Shown piece after piece: positions 62,901-64,000 of a stretch of 64,000 nucleotides of DNA; position 1 is the stretch's first letter, and each line of letters opens with the position of its first letter. The stretch comes from Mytilus trossulus (lineage: Eukaryota). A program made the translations under genes and the position numbers. The notes under the pieces were generated by a model. That model saw only the letters and a list, made by a program, of their open reading frames with translations, made no database searches and was not told the origin of the DNA. The stretch spans positions 1,984,001 through 2,048,000 of the forward strand of contig NC_086373.1 in assembly GCF_036588685.1 (NCBI RefSeq). Direction: 5' to 3'.

Positions 62901-63645
62901 TGATTGGAAAATAAACATTAACTTCATTGCATGTCAATTATTATTGTACAATCAAATCCCAGAACATGTATATATAAAACTGACTGAAACTCCATCAAGC
63001 AAGTTAATCAGAGTTTTGCTTTGCATGCTTTTATAGAAGAGCAGTAACAAAACTGGATAATAGATAACTTGATATAAAGTGTCAGAGTAAAACTAATTGT
63101 ATAAGTGATTGAGGTAACCAGTATATATGTATTTAAATCAGATTAAAATGAATAAGTTATTATTGTGCAATGATTTTATATGTATCTCTAACTTGTTTAC
63201 AGAGATCTAATTTTTAAGTCTACTTTTAACTTCAGTGAAAAGATCCGGTAGAGCCAGGAAGAAACCAGCTCGATTTCTGGAAGAAGATGTTGACAAGTCA
63301 TCGGATGATTCTGATGAATCTGACGAGGAATCTCCTCAAATCACCAAATCTGGTATCAAAACTCCACCTATTAAATCACCACCTCCACCGTCTAAACTCT
63401 TAATGCAGACCCTTCAGGCAGCACCAAAACCAATTATAATACAACCAGTTCAGCAGCAAATTAAAATACAGGTACCAGCACAGCAGCTTCTACAAACAGG
63501 TCCACAGATTACACCAATTGTCTCCCCTAAGATACCACTAAAGGTTATCACACAGATGGTGCCACAGCAGCAAGTTGTACATCAGTTAGTGCCCCTGTCA
63601 CCAACAACACCTACAGATAATTCAGAGGCTGGCAAAAGAGGAAGG
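59949..63645 (+). CDS. 5' part (exons 1-2) of a probably nuclear, low-complexity protein that continues beyond the window; tentatively reminiscent of HMG-box-containing (HMGXB4-like) N-termini
   Basis: Exon 59949-59982 (MSGKRKREEDD, G|gtgatt) joins in phase 1 to exon 63236-63645 (VKRSGRARKKPARFLEEDVDKSSDDSDES.., P/Q-rich, ..GKRGR|gtaaga). NLS-like basic clusters, acidic patch, SP/TP sites. No folded domain is visible, so the family is a guess. Confidence 0.7.
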
Positions 63646-64000
63646 GTAAGATTAGATAAATAAATTAGTCAAGATACTAAAACAATATTGAAAGAAACAA
63701 AAAAAATTATAGAAAAGGAAATAGGAATTCTACATGTATTATAGCCCATCATATGCACAACTTATACATTGTACAAGTTCATGATGATGTTTACAAAATT
63801 TTTAAGATATAAGATACATGTACACATATAAAAGTATACATACATGACATACAGAATATAAATTATATACAAAACGTACTTACTTTCAATGAGTTGCTGA
63901 TAAGTACCAAATGTACAGCATGAATTTGTACATGAATATGTACATGTACCAAAGGTCTGTGAAATTTCTGACCAAAAAAAGTATGCATACAATGTACATG

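Overview
AT-rich eukaryotic (invertebrate) genomic DNA with GT-AG introns. The dispersed repeat families resemble those of bivalve molluscs such as Mytilus (inference only). There are no operons, CRISPR arrays, rRNA or tRNA genes that I can support. By hand splicing I reconstruct: (1) a complete 12-exon PLAA/Doa1/Ufd3 gene on the minus strand (46594-55989, 783 aa); (2) two orphan single-pass type I membrane receptor-like genes arranged head-to-head about 1.5 kb apart, gene B (minus, 29571-37940, 7 exons, 486 aa) and gene A (plus, 39416-45521, 5 exons, 522 aa), each with a signal peptide, a divergent CUB-like/beta-rich ectodomain, a Ser/Thr mucin-like stalk, a TM helix and a Tyr/Pro-motif cytoplasmic tail; (3) the first two exons of a probably nuclear protein on the plus strand, divergent from PLAA (59949-63645, runs off the window). 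The first 29 kb is gene-poor, with minisatellites, TE fragments, an orphan exon and a probable decayed gene. Many MITEs have clear TIRs and TSDs (Harbinger-, MULE-, Ginger-, P-, Tc1/mariner- and Academ-like), including a triple self-nested Harbinger-like MITE that forms a long inverted repeat in an intron of gene B. The best candidate for an undescribed system is the divergently paired receptor locus, where one tail carries an ITIM-consensus motif and the other carries SH3/SH2-type motifs.
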